Below, piece after piece: positions 33,799 to 47,900 of a stretch of DNA of 64,000 nucleotides (position 1 is its first letter; every line of letters begins with the position of its first letter). The notes under the pieces are model-generated. The model searched no databases. It saw only the letters and a list, made by a program, of their open reading frames with translations, and was not told the DNA's origin. Origin of the DNA: Kudoa neothunni (lineage: Eukaryota; Animalia; Cnidaria). The translations under genes and the position numbers were made by a program. The DNA is taken from positions 9,939,741-10,003,740 of the forward strand of contig OZ199838.1 of NCBI GenBank assembly GCA_964304625.1, read 5' to 3'.

Positions 33799-36363
33799 TG
33801 TTATACGCAGAGTATTAACTTTGTAGTGTTTTTACCCTTCTATAAAAAGGGTTATTACGATATCGATTTGTTCCGTAAATAAGTGTTTCTATGGCGTGTC
33901 CTGAACAGAATTCGAACGACATTAACAATGGCGCAGTGAGCAGGATCGCGAGGCCGCAACTATATGATGGAAAGAGCTGTCCAAAAAATTGGTTCAGAAG
34001 ATTTGAGCTTTCCGTGAGAAGACGAAACTTGAATGTTGTCTTATATAGTTCTGAGTTGTTGCTATCATTGGATGATAACGTTTGGACGATGGTTTCATCA
34101 GTGGGTCTGGATGAAAATACGCCATATGAACAAATTAAAGTTTACATCATGGAACGATTTGGCCAAGAGATTGATCATTATGATGCAATGAAATGTTTTG
34201 TGAATCGGATGCAGCGAGAAGATGAGAATGTGCAACAATTCGCGGAAAACCTGATAGCACTCGGGCGGAAGTGCTATACAACCATGCACACAAGTGAATT
34301 TGATCGAGTGATATGTAACCAATTCATCAGAGGACTTCGTTCTGAAGATTCTAAGAAGTTTTTGTTACTTGGGAACATGACTAATGTTCATGATGCCCTT
34401 AGAGCCGCTAAACGACTTGAAAGTCTGGATGGATCATCAAATGTCATGGTTAATTCTGAAAAAGAAGAACGTTTGCTTGCTTTAAAAACTGATATTAAGA
34501 GCTCGAGTGTTTCGGAAAGAATTCGTGAGCTAGAGGAGGCCATAAAGTCATTGAGACTGAATGTGGAAAATGTGGGTCCTCCGCGGAAAAATATATCAAA
34601 AGGTTGGAATGGAAAGAATAGAAGATGTTTCAGATGTCATAAAATTGGACATTTAATTAGAGATTGCCCTCAAAATTATTCTAAATTTCATTATTTGGTG
34701 TCTTCTATTGGCGCATTAAAAAATGAGAGAATTTACGTTGGAGTGGATATAGCAGGATTATTCACCAAAGCAATTGTAGATTCTGGGTCGGATGTTTCGT
34801 TGATAAGCGATTCATTCATAAATAAAATGAAGGTTAGACCCAAAATTTTTAGTGCGAATTGCACGTTGACTGTGGCAACCGGTGAGACTCAAATGAGTGA
34901 TTCGTGTATTCAAATGGTGATGAATAGTTTACGAGAGAATAAATCATTGAATGTGAGATTACTTGATAAAAGAACACATGCTCTGTGGATGTGTAGAAGC
35001 TCATTGAGGATAATTGATAATGTGCTGTATAGAGTATGGTCAGATAATTTCGATAAAAGTCATTTAAGAATTGTTATTCCCCAATCAATGGTTAGCAAGA
35101 TAATTGAATTAGCACACAACAGTTTGACATCTGGTCGCTTGGGCTCAGATAGAACTCTAAGCAGACTACAACCCATTTGTTATTGGCCTCTTCAGAGGAA
35201 AGACGTCGTACGATGGTGTTTGTCTTGTCATGTCTGCGCTCAAAGGAATCGTTTGAATAGGCCTTACAAAGGAGAGCTAATGTTAGACAAATCAAGCGAA
35301 CCTTTGGAAAGAATTGGTGTAGATATTGTAGGGCCGCTTCCAATTACTGATCGAGGTAATCGTTTTATTTTGGTAGTGATGGATTACTATACAAAATATT
35401 GTGAGGCATATCCATTGCCCGATCAGTCAGCGAAAACAATTTCACAGGTATTGGTAGAAGAATTTATCGCTAGATACGGCATCCCCAAAAGTATTCATTC
35501 TGATAGAGGTGGCTGTTTTGAGTCTGAAATTTATGGTGAGACATTGAGATGTTTGGGTATAAAGAAGACGAGAACTACAGCTTATTATCCGCAGTCAAAT
35601 GGAATGGTTGAAAGGTTTAATCGGACTCTAATTGACTCATTGGCGAAAATTTGTACTGATAAGAAAAACTGGGATAACTACCTTTTTTTTTGTATTGTGG
35701 GCTTATCGGTCATCAATTCACGAAAAGACAAAAGCTACACCTAATTTGATGATGTTTGGTCGGGAACATAGAACAACTTTGGAGCTGATTCTTGGAGAAA
35801 ATCAGAATATTCCAAATCATAACAGAGAATTTATTTACAATTTTAATAACATTTACAAGAAGGTGAATATGCAAATAGAAAAAGAAAATCTAAGGAGATT
35901 GAATCAATCTCATAAGATCACACATGGACCGACATATTTACCAGGAGACAAAGTATGGTTAATGAAGCAAATTCGAAATAATAAATTAGATGATTACTGG
36001 ATTGGACCTTATTCAATTATTAAGAAGATTAATGAAAGGATTTACAAAGTTGATATCGATGGGAGAGTGGAAACAATAAATTACGATAAGCTCAAACCGG
36101 CTGAAAATTATAAAGAAGATACTTATGGCAACTTTGGTGGTGCAAATGAAGGCACGGAAAAAAGAACACGAAAATCTCCGTCGTGGTTAAAAGATTTTGA
36201 ATGTTAAAGCAAGCTTCAATCGGGAGAGAGAAAGTGTTATACGCAGAGTATTAACTTTGTAGTGTTTTTACCCTTCTATAAAAAGGGTTATTACGATATC
36301 GATTTGTTCCGTAAATAAGTGTTTCTATGGCGTGTCCTGAACAGAATTCGAACGACATTAACA
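33799..36363 (+). mobile_element. Young Gypsy-type LTR element lacking RT/RNase H
   Basis: Identical 129-bp TG...CA LTRs (33799-33927, 36235-36363), 5-bp TSD TCTGT, PBS TGGCGCAGTGAGCAGGAT (tRNA-Ser-like) at 33929-33946, PPT GGGAGAGAGAAAG at 36222-36234. Confidence 0.95.
33891..36207 (+). CDS. Gag-truncated protease-integrase fusion (one frameshift in a T9 run at ~35683-35691)
   Basis: Gag with CCHC knuckle CFRCHKIGHLIRDC; PR AIVDSGSDVSLI followed by the LTVATG flap; then directly the integrase (H..R..CHVC; VDIVGP, HSDRGG, GMVERFN). Continues in ORF 35632-36207 (WAYRSS, WIGPY). Confidence 0.85.
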
Positions 36364-38988
36364 TCTGTTACTTCAGATCAAATCAGGAAGATTTAATAGA
36401 TTTTTCCCAGAACCTTGGTCTTCTTCCTAGATAAAAAAATTGTATATGTGGAAGTATAATGAAACTTTCAGCTAGAAACAAATGTGCTGATGGATACAAT
36501 CTTCGCTGTTGTTGAAAAACATGCAGAACTGAATATTCGCTGCGGAAAGATACATTCTTCTACCATTCCCAACTTTCTCTATACCAGGTCCTCAAATTAT
36601 TGTATTTATGGAGTGTTGGAGCAACTGAACAATCGTTTCTAATGAAGGAACTTCGAGTTTCTTCGAATTCAACGATTGTAGATCGGAAAAACTTTATTCG
36701 CGATCTGTGCTTGAGTCATTTCCTACTACATCCGAATAAAGTTGGTGGACCTGGTATGAAAGTACAAATTGATGAAAGTCAAATTTGTAAGAGAAAATTT
36801 GGGGTTGGTAGAATTCTTCCAAACCAAAGTCTTTGGATAGTTGGTGGTGTGGATGAGGAAGGTAGAGTTTTTATGGTGGAAACTGAAAAGAGAGATGCTC
36901 CAACCCTGGAACGAATTGAGGGTATATGGAGTGCTTTCAAACGAAAATACCGTTCGGTTACTAATAAAAAAACAAGATGGTTGCATCTTACATTGCTGAG
37001 TGGATGTTCAAGAGAAAGCACCGAAATAACATTTTTTCTAAACTTACTATTACAATTAAACAAGTTTACGTTTTTGAATACACACATCTTTTTCAAAGTA
37101 TGATTGTTTTCAGTGAATTTTCCTAGCACAAATCTTGTTATTCATTAACTGTTATATGGGCGTTAGAATTTTTCCATGATGCAGTTAATTTCTAGCCCAT
37201 AAAAATATAATGGTATATTATTTCCGATCAAATTTTTAAGTCCCCCAAATTAATTCTTTAATTTCGTTTTCCTGGTTCTACAATACAAAAGATAACTTTA
37301 TAAAAATCTTCTAATATTTATAGAAATATTTTAAAAGTGCCGCATAATTATAAGTTTATTTACGGATGGGTGTATTTTTTGTTGAGTTTACTGTATTATA
37401 ATATTATATATCTTGGAAATAGCATTGTTGATAACGATTGTATTATTTATTTTGAGCATTTAAAACATTTGAATGTGAAGATATAAAAGTAGATGTGCTT
37501 TAACGTTGAAATATTCATCAAATGACTCAATAAATAATCCACTTTCGAACTGCTCCTAAGCATGATAATATCGTATGTTTTAAAAATTAAATTTGCCAAC
37601 TTTAGTTTAGATTGATTAAAATATTAGCCAACATCCATAATTGATTGTCCATTACTATTATAGTGTATGAATAATAAAACAACCTGTGCTAAACTCCTCA
37701 TTCTTCTCATATTAACATTCTTAATGAATTATTCCCTTATTGATTTCTTCAACTTAATATAATAAATTCATTTTTGAAAATTACTTAATATGAAAGATTT
37801 ATCGACAGTATTATACACATTTAAAAGTTTCAAAAAATTATATGATACGTAATCGGAAAAGAATTCTTAAAATGGGGAAAAATTCATGGGAATTTATAGA
37901 ACCCCATTTTAAATTGTTATTTAAAAATTGTATAAACTAAAATATAACGTCTCATTTGAGAAAACATATCTAATAACGTTTGGTTTAAAGATATTACGAC
38001 AAAATAAAGATGAAATGATTGAAAAAGCCGATATGAACTCAAAATACAAAGTTTTATAATTATTTAGCAAAGAAAACCAAAATTAAACGTGGTGTAGGTG
38101 TGATAAAAGCAATAATAGTTGATGGCACGTTAACGTCATTTAATGGAAACTTTAATTAAATTATGTATTCTGGGGCGTATATCTACATTTATCAGAGTAA
38201 ATATGATTAGATAATAACGAGACAGAGCGCTTCCTTTAAGAATTAATAGGGGCACCGTGTATGCCAACATCGGTCTGTCTCGTCGAGCGACTTCCCCGAA
38301 GGGGGGACTGTACTTTAAACGTTTATTTGAAATTTTATTTTCGTTTTGTACCCACCAGGGTATGTACTTCATACCTTGCATATTCTGACGCCACGCGCCT
38401 GCTTTCTTTATGTTTATGCGCAAGAAATTTTTGAAGTTGATGGTTAATGAAAAATCTAATATTCAAAGCTTAAATAATATTAATATAAAATTGACCGAGT
38501 TTTCCATAGTATTTAAAAAATAACAAAACCATTAAATTAATCAACGTACCCTGAGATCTGCTATGAAAAATTTAATGCAAATAATATGATTTACGAAGTA
38601 TAAATACCTTAATAGTTTTTATTAAACTTTAAATCATTCAAAAAGCTATTGGGAATAAAGATTTAGTCAATAATCAAGTCGGCCTCAATGAAGTTTTTCA
38701 TGTAATATTGATCCTTCTGATTTATTAAATAATTTTGTATTGATACGCTAAATACATTAAATATCAAATTTTAACATTGCCATTCTAAAATTAGTAAAAA
38801 TAACCTGAAAAAATGGTAATGAAGTAAAACGACAAAATTTAATTCGACCTATTTTTTGAACAATAAATATTTTGTTAACCACATACTGAAACTTCCTACA
38901 ATAAATTAAATTCCAATAAATAAACGATGAAATTAAAAAAACTTCACCCGAAAGATACAAGGAGGCGCAAGTGACAAAGCGTGCGCAT

Positions 38989-41900
38989 ATGGAGACTGCT
39001 GATGGGGTTACCCCAGAAAAAGCTGATTCCAATCAGGAATCATCCATTAATCAGCCGGTAGAAGGAAAAAATTCAAATCGTATGCCAATTTAAAATTTTT
39101 ATAACCATTTATGGTCTAATTTCCAAAATAGATTGGTTAAAGATGAGCAGCTTCAAACCGACTAAAGAACAACCAACTACACCAAAAGCGCCGGCAAGTG
39201 ATGAACAAGACACCAATGAAGATGAATATATAGAATTTGATCCCGACTTATTATTGGGAGAAGTGAGAAAAGTGGTTGAGAAAATGAAATTACCAAAAAA
39301 TGCTGATGAACAACAGAAACTTTTACGAAAATCAAGGCGTTTAAAAAGAAAGGCAGTTGTTGAGTTGTCTAAAAAGAGACCGATGCGTGTTGAAGTTTCT
39401 TCTAACACCACTTCACAGTTGAAATTCAAAGTTGATCTTAAGGGAGAATATCTAACTTTCAAAAATAGAAAAGATTTGGTCCCAACCTATACCCGAATTA
39501 TTCCCACCTCTAATTTCCTATCTATTCAACCAATCAATAATATTATTGATGGTTATAATAGATATTATGTTGGTGAAATACCTTCCGAATACACCAACAT
39601 ATTTCCAGATGAAAATTCAACCCTACCCACAACATTAAGCAAAGATTTTATACCGATAAATAGAAATGACTGCAGTAACTATGTTTCAAAACTGTCGCTG
39701 GATGAAATCAGAAAATCTAACATTGGGAAGTTCTATTCTCACAATGGCGTCATGAAAGAGGTGGCTGAAGTGAATTGCTGTTTGGATAAGGACCCGCATA
39801 ACACTGAACTGTGGTTAAAACTAGTGGAATTGCATAGGCTGAAGCTACCTGCGGACGTTTCATTAGAATTGATCACACAAAGTCAACAAGCAGTTCTAGA
39901 AAAAGCTCTACAGAAAAATCCTAATTCACATGCACTGCTTCTCAAATCGATAGACCTGTTTGCCTCTCAACAAAATGTTACAGTCGATGAAATTGATAAC
40001 AAATGGGTCAATATTACATTCCAGTATCCTAACAACATTGCTATATGGTGCAAATACATTGAGCATCTGATGATTACGTTTTCAAAATCGAATGTTAAAC
40101 GTTTCAGTGTCCAAATAAATAAAATAATGAATAAGTTAAAGGATATGCAATCACTATATGTGCCATTGAAACAGCGTATTTCGCCTTCGGATGGTTCAAA
40201 TTTTCAGTTAAGAATCATTTGTTACTTTTCTTCATTTCTTTCGATGTCAGGTTGGTTTTATTTTAAAATTTTACTTTATGATCACACATAATTATTTTGA
40301 TTAGGTCATACTGAAAAATTATCTACCTTCATGCAACTACTCATTATTTATAATCTAACCAAAATGTTGCTTGACCAACACTTGAATGTTCCTCTTGAAT
40401 CATATCATGGCGCCTTTATCAAATATTACTCTACGTATTCCTCCAAGTAAATTTATTTATTTTTTATTATATATTGAAATTGATTAAACTATAGAAATAT
40501 TTTCGTTAATCTATTATTAAAAGATAATTTCGTATTGTTATTTCTTTGGGTGAAAAATTAAATTCATTCCAATCCAAGGTTTTATTTTAATTTAATCCTA
40601 TTTTTTATTAATGTTAAATTGATTCTGAAAGTTAGGTTTTATTCTATTTATTAATTAATTAACTAACTTAATATTATTGATATTTGAATATATTGCATTG
40701 TTTATTATGTCTTTCTTTGTTATGGGAATTGTTAATTTAATTGTTTTAACTTGCAGTAATATCCGTTGAAGCTTTTTACAATTATATATTGTAATTTATA
40801 ATGCTTGGTAACTTAAAATGAATAACCTTATTGAGGTTATTAGATTCGTTGTGCGAAATATATTGTTGATTATATTTTTTACAGTAACGCAGGCTTTATG
40901 TTTTGAAATAATTAAGGAAACTTAGTTGAAGTGCATTTGTTTAAGTTATGCTATGTTATGTTTATTTTGATTGTTATTGATTTCTTGTCTTTTAAATAAT
41001 ACCCCATGAGGGAAATTGAATAAAACTAAATTAATTTGATATTATAAATTACGAATTTCCATTTTTTTAGTCACTGCCATTTTTAAATATTTCTTTTCAA
41101 TATATTAAATATATTTTTGTTATTCTAAAATCGTTATAACAATTTTTTAAATATCTATAATATAAAGACGATACGTATAAATTATTCAAATATTTTATTT
41201 ACAACTAGCGTAAAATTCCTGCCTTCGGTGAGGATTGGGAACATTCTGCCTTGAAGATTCTCCTCAAAAATAGTTTATTCCATAGAGAATAAAATTGAAC
41301 TAAAAATTGGTGGTTTTTTACAATTATTTTGTAAATAATTTTAGATAATTGAATTTTTGTTGCTATGTGATAACTTAAACAATTAATTTTTATTTTTCGG
41401 ATAAATCTCCGTTTAATTAAAATGACTATCAATATGCTCATTCGAATACACGCACAGGAGTACACTGTATATATTAATGATATAGTTAAATTAATGGATG
41501 ATTTTAGTATATAAGAGAGAGTATAAACTTCAGATGTCCATAACCCTGAAAGGAGCGAATGTTAATCCTATTACTGAAAACCGTATAATCCGTTAATTAT
41601 TTTTAAATGATTAGATAACTTAAAGTGTTAATAAATTGTAAACGAATTTTTAAAAGTTCCATAAATATCTTTCTATCATGAATAAATTATGTTACAGGTG
41701 CGTGTTTAGGGGCACACAGGCAGACAAAGATTTTATATATAGATCTTTTTATTTAATAATTTCTCTAAATTCGTAAATTACGTGCGTATAAATAATGTTA
41801 TTATCTTTGGAAACAAAAGTTTTAGCCTATTAAACAATTTTATTAATAATTATGGTAAATAATATAGTTTCTGGATACTGCTAATTTAAATTAGAGATAA

Positions 41901-44900
41901 AGTTACCTCTGATAACAATCATGAGAACATATAACTTTGGTTTTGCTTACATGATATCAAAAAATTAGTATTATAACATCAAATTTTGTTTCCTTCTAAT
42001 TAATAATATAATTAAACAAGATTTTCATAAATACACGTATTTAAATGGGTTATGGATAATAAATAATTTTATTAACTGGATTATTTGTGGTTCTTATTTT
42101 GCTCAACAATGTTAATTTCAAATAATTTTTTGCTATGCTAGAAAATTATTGATTGAATAAAAGGATGATTTAAATTACCTTTAACAAACTGAAATTTTTT
42201 GAAGTATATTCCAATTTTTATCTGGGCAGAACCATTGATGTAGATTTTGGATACTGTTTTAAACTTATGCTAAACGAAAAGTAGCAAAAAGTGCAGTCAT
42301 TGATCGTCTTTACGTATTATTTTAACAATCAGTTTGAATAGCTAGATGTAAAATAGATATATCATTTTTTCAGTATATTTATTTTTGAATTTGGATCTTG
42401 ATAATATAATTAATGCTGTAAATTTTCCAAGATGCTGGAAACGCGATTGTCTTTTCATGCACCCTCTCTGTGCACATTTATAAAAAAAGAAATTAATTAT
42501 GTATAATGACTAAAGAGATTGAATGAAAGTATAATATATTAAAATTCTTCGCAGTATCTCTAAAGAGAGTGTCAAATCTTATCAGTAGAACAATATAACA
42601 TATTCTCATTATTCAACCTTCATGGCATCTTAAAAGACAAAGCTAAAATTGTTCAAATGCTTGAAAGCATCATTTACTTGTCATACATCGTTGATTTATT
42701 CAAGAGATTAAAAAATTTAACAATGTCGACAAAAAAAGATCGATCGATCATTCTCGAAATGTTGGAGGAGGATATATTTCCAATTACCTCAATTAATTTT
42801 TCTTGGATAAAAATTATTTACTTTTTTTTTAAAGGCTAAAGTATGGTATAGTGAAAAGTTCGTGGTATTTTGTCTTTTTTCAGCAAAAAAATAAAATATA
42901 TTCTATTTACTGTTTCAGTATACGAAGAAAAATTATTTTCTTTAATTTTTATCTAAAATGATACAAGGCGAGATAAGATCCAACTGACTCGGGCGTCTTG
43001 TTTGTAGCATATCTAAATTTTCTTTTGATGGCACTTTTATTGCTTTTATTTTATTTGTATGGGTAACATAAGCAGTTTCGAATGGGATATTGTGATTCAC
43101 GGACTCATGTTTATCATCCAAAGATTCGAGAGTGTCATATTCCCGCCAGCGACATGATTGACGATAATACTTTCTAGATTCGACTAATTTTTTGAGACAA
43201 AACGAGAAAAATTTTATGGCTACTTTTAATAAAACGAGGTTGTAATCATAAAGAGTGGGTCAAATCGTGCAAAAACAACATAATAAATTATATTAAATAA
43301 TTGTTCATTGTTTCCTTAAACGAGGTATTAAATTTGATTTCATTATATTTAATATGAAATATATAATTCGAAATAAAGTCATATAATGACTCTTCACTTT
43401 TATTATTAATACTTCGGCACCTTCTTTTAAAACCTTCTCACTTAGCGTCGATTTTATTTAAATGTACACTAAAAGAAAAAAAAACAAATAATATTTGTGG
43501 CCGGCTATATCGTGACAAGATCCTGTATCGTTCAGATGACTGTAGCCCTCTATTTATCTGTCCAGATCATATAATCCTCTTCCACGTTATCAATAATAAT
43601 TTTTTCGTGGAGAAAACTGCTTCTTCTCTTAGAATATTCAAGAAAACGATAATCTTCATTTATTGCACCAACGATTCAATATTACTGGTTTTTTAACAAA
43701 ATTAGAGCACAAAAAAACAGATCTCGACAACTTCATTTCATATGAGGTGCATCATCGTCCCACATATTCACTTTTCCTCCGATATAATCAGATAAAGATT
43801 CTGCATTTTTTATAGTACAAATTGTATCTATCCTAAAAAATGCATAATCCATCATATTAATAAAATCGAGATTTTCTAAATCAGAATTTCTCCTAATATT
43901 GCTTATTTCCCAAACATGCGACGTAAGTTTACAATTGCAACCCCCTTTTTAAAGAATATCCCTTCCTTTTACGTATATTCGATTCGTCAATTTGTACAGC
44001 GACATTCGCATCCACTTCTCTGATTCGTACACCATAAAGGTTCAAATACTCAACATAAATTTTCCGAATATAACTCTTCCAGTTAACAATAGTTTCTCTG
44101 GATCCGATTTTCAATTGTTTTAACCCCCCTGTCCTGATTTGAACCTAGTTTTGGATAGACAAATTCAAAGCATCCATAAATTTCGGAATTCCTCTAAAAA
44201 TTTAAAGCACTTGGATTGGTGTAAAAATATTGCATTTTAAAAATTAATATCGGCCAATAATAGTGATTTTTGTGCCTTTATAGACAAAAGTATGTTTCGA
44301 TTTTAGAGAAAACACATATATTCCGAGTAAATATATTTATCTCTTATAATTGAAGATTTAAAGATCTATGATGTAATGTTTAAGTGAGTAAATGATGATT
44401 CTTATCATATAATAGAATTTCACTGCAGATTACCGAGCTTTAATCCAAAAATATGTCATACTTTCGGGTTTACTATTTTTTATTTTAAGTTTCCCACTAG
44501 AAGGATGTCAGTAGTTCCACTGAAAACCTTTAATTTTAATGACTTTTAAAGAGAATTAATAATTTAATTTAGAAATCATTGGACCTATTTGGTTCTTAAG
44601 TTATGTCGGTGTATTTTTGAGATAGTATTATTCAGTTTTTCCGCGTTTAATACATGTGATGTGGTCATTTTCATTGCGATTAGCATCATGTTGAGAATTT
44701 CCATTTCAAATAGATGGATTGTTCTTATAAGAATGAAAAACAGATCCTATAATTTCACATGTTTTCCATGATCTAACTGATTAATAATGATATAACCACC
44801 GCCTCGTTAAATTTTTTAAAACTTTAAAAGTTGAGAATTAAAGGCAAACTTGATCGTGTTTGTGTATTTAGAAAGGTGTTCCTTCTGGATTAATTCTCGA

Positions 44901-47900
44901 TAAATTTTTCTTTTAAATCCAATTTGGGAATTAAATTATAAGCAGATTTGGATATACCAAGGTTTGGTTCGGTAAGAAAAAGCGAAACATACGTAAGAAC
45001 CATGATATATAGGGGTGTGCGTGTGTTTGGAATGAAGTTGTTATTTTACGTTTAATTTAATTTTGAAATTTATGATTTCATCTTATATAATCGTTTATAT
45101 TTATATTCATTTTAATTTTTAACAATGATGTAATTAGATATTATTACAGTTGAAAGACGTAATAAAATATTTTTATAAAAAAGGGGTTTTAAAATGTTAA
45201 TTTTTAGTTGTGACGCAAAAAACAAGATAATTAAATCCAAAAAATGCAAGTTGTTCCAATATATTATTCGATTTTTAATACTTATCATTTATTATTATAG
45301 GCCCGTTTTCAATATGTAAAAAATTTTTATAATTAATATTGGAAGATATCTATCATCAAACTTTTAAACCGTTGTTTCCCACGTTATAATGATATCAGCC
45401 TATACTTTATTTATAATGAAAAATAAAACACCTATAATAAATTTATTTAAAAAATGATTAACATAATTATTTAACTTTTTTGCAATTACTTATTTTCATC
45501 TTAATGACCAACAAATATATTTACAGTACAACGTCTTAATGTAACATTTTCTCTGTATATGTTTATAATTTAATTGATAAAAATCTTATTTTCAGGGATA
45601 GATTTTATATTAAGAGTTACATAAAATAAAATATTATGGATTTCAGTAAATAAGAAATAAAAATTCTGCTCCATACAACCGTTAGATGGCGCAGACATAA
45701 AAACAAAACTTAGTAATGTTTTGAAATTAATGTAAAGTATGATTATTTTAATATTTTATATAAGGTTTAACGAATTTTTTAATCCATCCACACTTTTATA
45801 TACGTATCTTGCAAATTTTAGAGGATAGACACTTTAATTGATTAATTAAATCGGAAGAAAATAAAATTTAATTATATTATTACTGATTGTTTTTGATCAG
45901 GTTTTTCCAAGATTCTTTCGGATCACGTATATTTTATTTATCATAAATTTGTATCTAGTAATTAAGCTCACAGTTTTCTATGTAAAATATTCAAATGTCA
46001 TCCACATTGTTAACATTATCCATTTGTCGTAGTTACATCAATAACATTAAATATAAAAATATTTTTTGATTTTATTATATTAGAAATTAAAATTCTGCTC
46101 TAATGAAGAAATTTATTCTGTATTTATATTATCATTTTTTTATGCAATAAAATGGAGTTAATTTAACCCTAAAACAATCTAATAATAAAAAAAGCGTACA
46201 TTCATATGTTATCATTATAGTTTTTTTATTTACGTACAATGACCAACAATTATAGTTCAAAATCAACGAATCTACTCAGATTTAAATAATAGCATGTAAC
46301 CCTGTAAGGAAACCAAAATGCTAATAAATTTGTACGTAATTATAAAATTTATAATTACAAAAATATTTCTGCTTTTCTGTATTTACTATTAGTTCAATTT
46401 TTGTTATTTAATAAATTGACCCAGAATAATTTTTATTAATATAAAAACAGAAAAATGTTGACGTCAACGTTTAATTTTGTTCAACTCCTTTAACATAAAA
46501 ATCACCAAATAATGATTATACACATTGATTTGGAGATATTGTTAGATTTAATGGTGACTAAAATTAGTGCGTAATATCCATTTTCTAGCATTTATAAAAA
46601 AAATTCTTAAATAAATAATTCAAAATGTTTCCTTAATAGATTAAGATTTATAAGATAGAACTGCATCTTATAAAACGATAAAATAATGACACAACGAAAA
46701 GTGTGCAATATCCACGTACGCAATAACCGTTGTTGACTGTATATATTTTTGAGATGATTAAGTGCTAACAAATTTTTTTAGTAACTAGTTACATTTAAGC
46801 TAATATTTTTGCGTTTAAAAATTCACCCAAATAATTTCTTTTTGTCTTATATAAATTATTAAAATTCAAAATAAGCTTATTTTTTACAAATATATTATTT
46901 TCTAGATTTGGTGACACAAAATTTACAATCAATACTATACTAAAATATATTCTCACTGAACTCAATCAACCAGAACAAATTATCGAGGAGATTTTAAATA
47001 AATCTGTTAATGGCTTCAATATCCAACACAAAATTATTTCAGACTCCATTTCATATATTGAAAATTTTTTACGCATTGTAAAATCTCATGTGACTTCCAC
47101 AGAGGACAGTATATTGAAATCCAACTTAAGTGAACCCCAAAAATGGCTTCAACTAGACAATTTTCGTAATATTCTCCATTTTTACCCATTAAATATCAGA
47201 AACAAGGATGATTATTTTGTCGATTCAAGTGAAGATCCCGATACAGCTACCAATGAGAAACTGTTTTTTCCTTTGCTTGTTGTGTTTGAAGATGTAACCA
47301 TTGTTCATGAGCTAATCTACTTGTATTTATTTCTAATTGAATGTCCAATCAAATCAAGCTATATTCCTGTCTGTTTTCCCATTTTGGAAAGATTAACATT
47401 GATCGATGAGGCAAGTATTGCTCTACAAATTGTGAATTCTCGTTACTGCGATGAGGATGTGGTTATAAGACTGAGGAGACATGATGAATTCTCAAAACTG
47501 ATATTACCTTGTGATCATACATTTATTTTTAAACAATTTATTACACAAACAATAATTCGGCAGATTTTAGAAACAAATATTCTACCGCCATTGGTTTTTT
47601 GTAGAATAGTATCAATATGGATTCTGCTTCTCTTGTCGGAAACTACTGAACAGCGTGTCCTACCATTCTTCAAATTTAATAGTCCAGATAATATTAAAAA
47701 CAATTTTCATCTTATAAGCACATTCCTTAAAAAATGCTTGTCTATCAGCCATTGTAGAAGTAGCAATCTACTATGGATTTTCTTTTGTATCATTCATTCG
47801 ATCGCCAAACCAATCGATTCCACATTACATCTGATCGATAGCCTTATTAGTCTACAATTCAAAATAATTGCACAATACCCAAAAACAACAGAATCTTTGG

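Larger units (their letters stand above)
33670..38320 (+). mobile_element. Degenerate Merlin element, split by the LTR element
   Basis: Imperfect inverted repeats AAGTACAG..CCCCCCTTCGGG at ~33674 and ~38290-38316. Removing 33799-36368 rejoins MLYDVYSFENIDNLNFEDIC|YFRSNQEDLIDF. Downstream ORF 36600-37103 has VGGPGMKVQIDESQICKRK, WIVGGV, IEGIWSAFK. Confidence 0.75.

Noticed and set aside
42962-43020. Hairpin in NRDE2 intron 3 as a snoRNA
   Set aside because: The stem ACAAGGCG/CGTCTTGT is present, but no properly placed H or ACA box was found.
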